NCBI RefSeq assembly: GCF_009914755.1
Contig: NC_060942.1
DNA: 64,000 nt
DNA from: the human T2T-CHM13v2.0 reference genome, Homo sapiens
Reading direction: 5' to 3' (one strand)
This document shows, piece after piece, positions 58,941-64,000 of this stretch. The notes below the pieces were generated by a model. That model was not told the DNA's origin and did not search any database. It saw nothing but the letters and a program-made list of their open reading frames with translations. Made by a program: the position numbers and the translations under genes. Positions within the stretch are counted from its first letter, which is position 1; the number at the start of each line of letters is the position of its first letter.

Positions 58941-59642
58941 TATGTGGACACACAGGGACTCACATTCACATATATTTTGTGCTTTTTAGAGAAGATCATA
59001 CATAAAGATTTAGAACCTTCAGGAAAAAAGAAAATACCCAGAATCCAGCCAGAATTATGCAAGACATAATTACACTATGCAAAACATACTCCTACATCAA
59101 AACCTATCAAATGGCATATATATACCAAGGGACAAAAATTTAAACAATGCCCAACAAGCAACATTATACTTTTGATAATGAACAGAATAGATAATTTGCA
59201 ACAGTGCTGGAACTACTCTCTCTCTCTGTAATCCCTTCTGCAGACCAGCACTCAATGCAAAAATCAAATTATCGTGAAATGAGAGAAAGCCTCATAAATA
59301 TATGGCAAGGTTCCTTCAAGGTAGAAACCCAAGTCTAATTTTCTTCAAGCCACCGTGATAGACAATATTTTTTTTCATTTTTGTTATCACTTTTAAAGTA
59401 TTCATGGAGTGAATATCCTGAGTCTTCATTAGGTATATTTAGAAAAATTCAAAGAATAAAATCTCTTTTGTCAAACACTTTATGTCCTAGCTCGGCTGCC
59501 AAAGTATATTTTTTATAAAAAGCTCAATTATAATACAAAACTTTGTGGGATTAATCTCAAAGGGAATGGATTCTTTAGCTGTGAAAATTCAGAGGACAGA
59601 ATAAAACACAATGGACTATTCTCATCAAGAAATACAACATGG

Positions 59643-59980
<338 letters not shown>

Positions 59981-60229
59981 TTAAAAAGTCCAGTAAGATT
60001 GAGACAGATAGAATCTGTAGGCAATCTTGTTGGGTATGTAAATAAGAGTAAATTGCACAAACACAGTTAGGGAGCAAAATGCTGAGTGGATATACAGTGT
60101 GGGAAATGAAATGAGACTATGCTAGGCAGAATGGATGAGGAAAACACATTCTGGCTTCTTTGGGCATTATATTAAGCACAGTCACCACCTTCTGGTGAGG
60201 AGATTTGCAAGATTTACATGCTTATGATT

Positions 60230-60620
60230 AGAAAAATAAGAAAAGTTTGACTGCAAAATAATATGAGCCAATGATGAAGTATGTAACTATGTAAAGACTA
60301 ACAAAATTTGGGTTACATTAATAGAACTATGGCATCTTAAAAAAAGAAAGGACATAGGCCATGGTTAAAGAATTTCATTCAATTCCAGATACCACATTTT
60401 GGTTACAAATCAAATGCACTAAAAATTGTATTCAGACAAGAGGTGAAACCGGAAACTAGTTTTGTAATTAAGAAACAAGAAACTCTGTCTTATGAGGAAT
60501 GATTGACATGTTTACTGCAAAACAGGTCCTTAAATAGTTGGAGAGTTGTATGTGGAAGAGGAGTAGAGTACTCTCAGAAACCGTAGAAAGAGTGGGTTGC
60601 AGAAATCTATTGGACTTTGA
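60230..60620 (+). mobile_element. L3/CR1 remnant
   Basis: aatatgagccaa...ctaacaaaatttgggttacattaatagaactatggcatct resembles the CR1/L3 3' region. Confidence 0.45.
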
Positions 60621-62189
60621 TTCTCAATGCCAAAAAACCTAAAGTACTTGGAACTACATAAATTGGCAGATGATGATGACCCTATCACTAGAAATATTAC
60701 AGCAGAAATGAAACCACAGTTTGTATCTGTACCATACAATGACTTCATATTAGATGGGAAATTACACAATGTGAACTTAAAAGTTTTTACAACAATACAT
60801 GTTTTTAATATTTTAATTCCATCCATAAAACTGAGCTTAAACAAATAATAGTTCTATATACAATTTTAATTATGTGCTAAATTGTCTGAAGATTTCCACA
60901 ACAGATAATTGCTACAGGAAATAACAGGCATCTGTCCATTAGAAATATATCTGTCTTCAGGCATATTTTCCACAATTTCACCACTTGGAAAAGAAAACAA
61001 TTCTGAATTTGAACGTATATCACCATAGTTAAGTTTTTATCATGCTGTTTAGTATACCCATTTTTAAGGAATGTCAGATTTAAAAGATGCAACTTCCTCT
61101 CTGTTTTTGCATTTTTATAAAAATGATATTATACAATGGAGTCCTATTTCAACTATTTATAAATAAAACATTTCCTTTTATCTCATTCATAAGTTTTTCT
61201 TAACCATTGCTGGACTTGTTAGCTTAACTCCAACATCTTCAAGTTCAAACAGTTTTATTATTATTAGAAACAGAAACACCTATTTGTGAACTGGATGATC
61301 AAATAATGGTTATGTGTGGTAATAAAGCTATTACATTAATATAGAGTCATTAATGCAAATGCAAATGATCCAGGGATGCAAGGCTGCTTAATAAAGTAGC
61401 AAGATAAATCCATCCAGTCTGGGGATGTTTGAATTTTCATCCCTGCACAGATGAGGATTTCCAACCATCTCTCTCAGACATGACTGCTGGAACCCAATTT
61501 TGTATCTTTTACTATGTCACCCTACAGGTAAAATTTTCATGCCTCTATTTCCTTCACCTTTATCTTCCTTATGAAGTTGTTGGCTTATGTTCCTGTGAAT
61601 TAAGTTGTGCTGGTTTTCTTCCAGCTCATATGGTGACTTATAGAAAGAAAACAGTTGAGTTATTTGCATGACCTTTTATATTCGTCTTGCATGAAATGAA
61701 ATCATGCGCTTTTCTTGTAAAAGATACTAATGCCACTCAGCAGTCTATAGGGTTAATTGTTATTTTAATGAGCATGACATGCAGCACTGGGTAAGAGTAT
61801 GACTTTAAAAGCTACAAGCTATAAAGGTCACATATCAGTGGAGTGGCAAATTTTTATGGCATATTGATAGGAACCTGGTCCGTTCTATGCTCACAATCAC
61901 GTTATTCTTTGCCTAGTGTAAGCCGTATGCTTTGACAGCATACTAGCGTTTTTTTATTGGAAAACATTGTGTCTTAAAATCTTTCCAAATAACTCTATGT
62001 TCAACCATGGGATTATGTGGCTGGAATGAACCTTAGATATAAACAATATATCAAAGGATTAATAGTATAACTAATAAAGTTATAATCCAATGATAGAAGT
62101 TCAGATCAAATTTCCTAAAATATCTATAGAAAGAATACCAGTGGCTAGCTATCACTGCTTGTGTACTCATAATTCAAAATAGCCCTGAG

Positions 62190-62730
62190 TGTAAAGGGCA
62201 AAGACAGTGCAAAGGGTTATGTCACAGGGATTGACTGAGAAGTTACTCTCAAATGGGTGATCAGAGAAGGCTTCCCTGAGGAGAGAGCATTTGACCTACA
62301 GCTTGCATGGTACAGAGAAACCAGAAAGTTTAAGCTCAGGCAAAGACAATAGCAAGTGCAAAGCCTAAAGATGGAACTAATAATGAGTGCTGTTGGAAAA
62401 ATGCAGAGAAAGCCAGGAAGAGTATATACAATGGAAAAGGTAGAGTGTCATTCACAAGAAGGCCTGGGAGGCAGCAGTGCGCAAAATATGGCATTGGATT
62501 TTATTCTATGGGAAATAAGAAGTCATTGGTAAGGTTCAGGCAGGGAAGTTACATGTTTCTAAGTAACTGCTGCTATGGTGAATGGCTGGTAGGTTGTCAA
62601 GATTAGAAATCTGGAGACCGGTTGAAATGGTCTTGAAGTTGCCCAGCTGAGAGATGAGTGATGATGGCTGAATTGGTCATCAGTGGAGGTGAAGAGAAGT
62701 AGACAGATCTGGTGTAAAGTTTTTGCTAGA
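62190..62730. mobile_element. L2 remnant
   Basis: gatcagagaaggcttccctgagga...aagtgcaaagcc...ttggattttattct. Confidence 0.55.
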
Positions 62731-62795
62731 ACAGAAAACATAGTGTCTTCAGTGCCCAAATCAACAGGGTTGCACCCCTTGCAAAATGAAATTCA

Positions 62796-63098
62796 GGCCG
62801 GGTGCGGTAGCTCATGCCTGTAATCCCAGCACTCTGGGAGGCTGAGGCAGGTGGATCACCTAAGGTCAGGAGTTCGAGACCAGCTTGGCCAACATGGTGA
62901 AACCCCGTCTCTATCAATAGTACAAAAATTAGCCAGGCATGGTGGCACATGCCTGTAATCCCTGCTACTTGAGAGGCTGAGAAAGGAAAATTGCTTGAAC
63001 CCGGGAGACGGAGGTTGCGGTGAGCCAAGATCACTGCATTGCACTCCAGCCAAGATCATGCCATTGTACTTGCCTGGGTGACAAGAGCAAAACGCTGT
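62796..63098 (+). mobile_element. AluS (Sq/Sp-like) with a 25-bp internal duplication
   Basis: agccaagatca...catt repeated at 63023 and 63048; TSD gaaatt(c/t)agg. Confidence 0.9.
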
Positions 63099-63236
63099 GA
63101 AAGAGAAAGAAAAGAAAAGAAAAGAAAAGAGAAGAGAAGAGAAGAGAAGAGAAGAGAAGAGAAGAGAAGAGAAGAGAAGAGAAAAAGAAAGAAAGAACGA
63201 AGGAAGGAAAGAAGGAAAGAAAGGAGGGAAGGAAGG

Positions 63237-63333
<97 letters not shown>

Positions 63334-63362
63334 AAAAGAAAAGAAAGAAAGAAAGAAAGAAA
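63099..63362. repeat. Compound purine microsatellite (GAAAA/GAGAA/GGAA/GA/GAAA) derived from the Alu tail
   Basis: ~264 nt with a single pyrimidine, lying inside the Alu TSDs. Confidence 0.95.
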
Positions 63363-64000
63363 TTTAGGGTCTTTGTTAGTCTTTTAACTACTTTGACCTC
63401 TTGCACAAACTTCTTGGAGAGAAGAAGATGTGACTAAGAATCAACATATTTTTCTTTGTTTTCAAACAGAATATAAGCAAAATCATCTCAAAAAGACATA
63501 CATTTTATTATAAGAATCAATTTGCTTTGGGAATCTGTTTCTACAAGAATCATAGTTTTAAATGCCTCACTTCCATAAACTGTAAATTGAATTAATGATT
63601 GCTGGAATTTATACTTGAAAATCTCTGGGGAGATGAGTTTTGTGGAAACTAACCTAGGAACTGACATACATTCTGCAGTAACTAATAGAATGTAATAAGA
63701 GACAGTTTAACAACTGCTGATAGGAGGGAAAATGGGCTTTCAGTGAGGACATCTTCCCTCATTTGCTACAGACCAGGAGTTCAGAGGAGTCACCTAGTTT
63801 TGGTCAGTAACCAAAAGAGATTAGATTTGAAATTGGAATGAAACACACCATAACCATGAGAAAAAAAAAAACAACTGATTGGGATTCAGGCAATTGGTAC
63901 AGAATTTCTGGCTGCTTTTTATGTGAGGATTATTCCATCTGGTTTTAGTCACTAAAGGGGAAAAGCAGTCTCTGCTGTCGGGATTCACCAATCTTTCACT

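Noticed and set aside
60627-60848. 73-aa ORF with an acidic DDDD patch
   Set aside because: Adjacent to a CR1/L3 remnant, AT-rich, and no recognisable homology
63039-63437. Long K/R/E-rich and F/L/S-rich ORFs
   Set aside because: Translations of the purine microsatellite

Overview
Human (primate) AT-rich non-coding DNA, rich in interspersed repeats. I find no supportable protein-coding exon, CpG island, CRISPR array or prokaryotic feature; most ORFs in the track are Alu, L1, LTR or microsatellite artefacts. The one recognisable gene is the palindromic MIR5583-1/MIR5583-2 hairpin (~6104-6164). From memory, not verified here, this places the window on chr18q12.3 inside the lncRNA MIR924HG (LINC00669). 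The notable items are genome-rearrangement fossils: (1) a U6 snRNA/L1MA chimeric retrocopy later hit by three Alus; (2) an Alu-Alu recombination tandem duplication with a chimeric middle Alu; (3) a ~190 bp templated insertion copied from ~2.5 kb away into an L1MC, with filler and microhomology, later interrupted by an ERV1 LTR; (4) a near-consensus AluYg6. I see no convincing evidence of a new biological system. Repeat subfamily names are by eye from remembered consensus sequences, and boundaries of old repeats are approximate.
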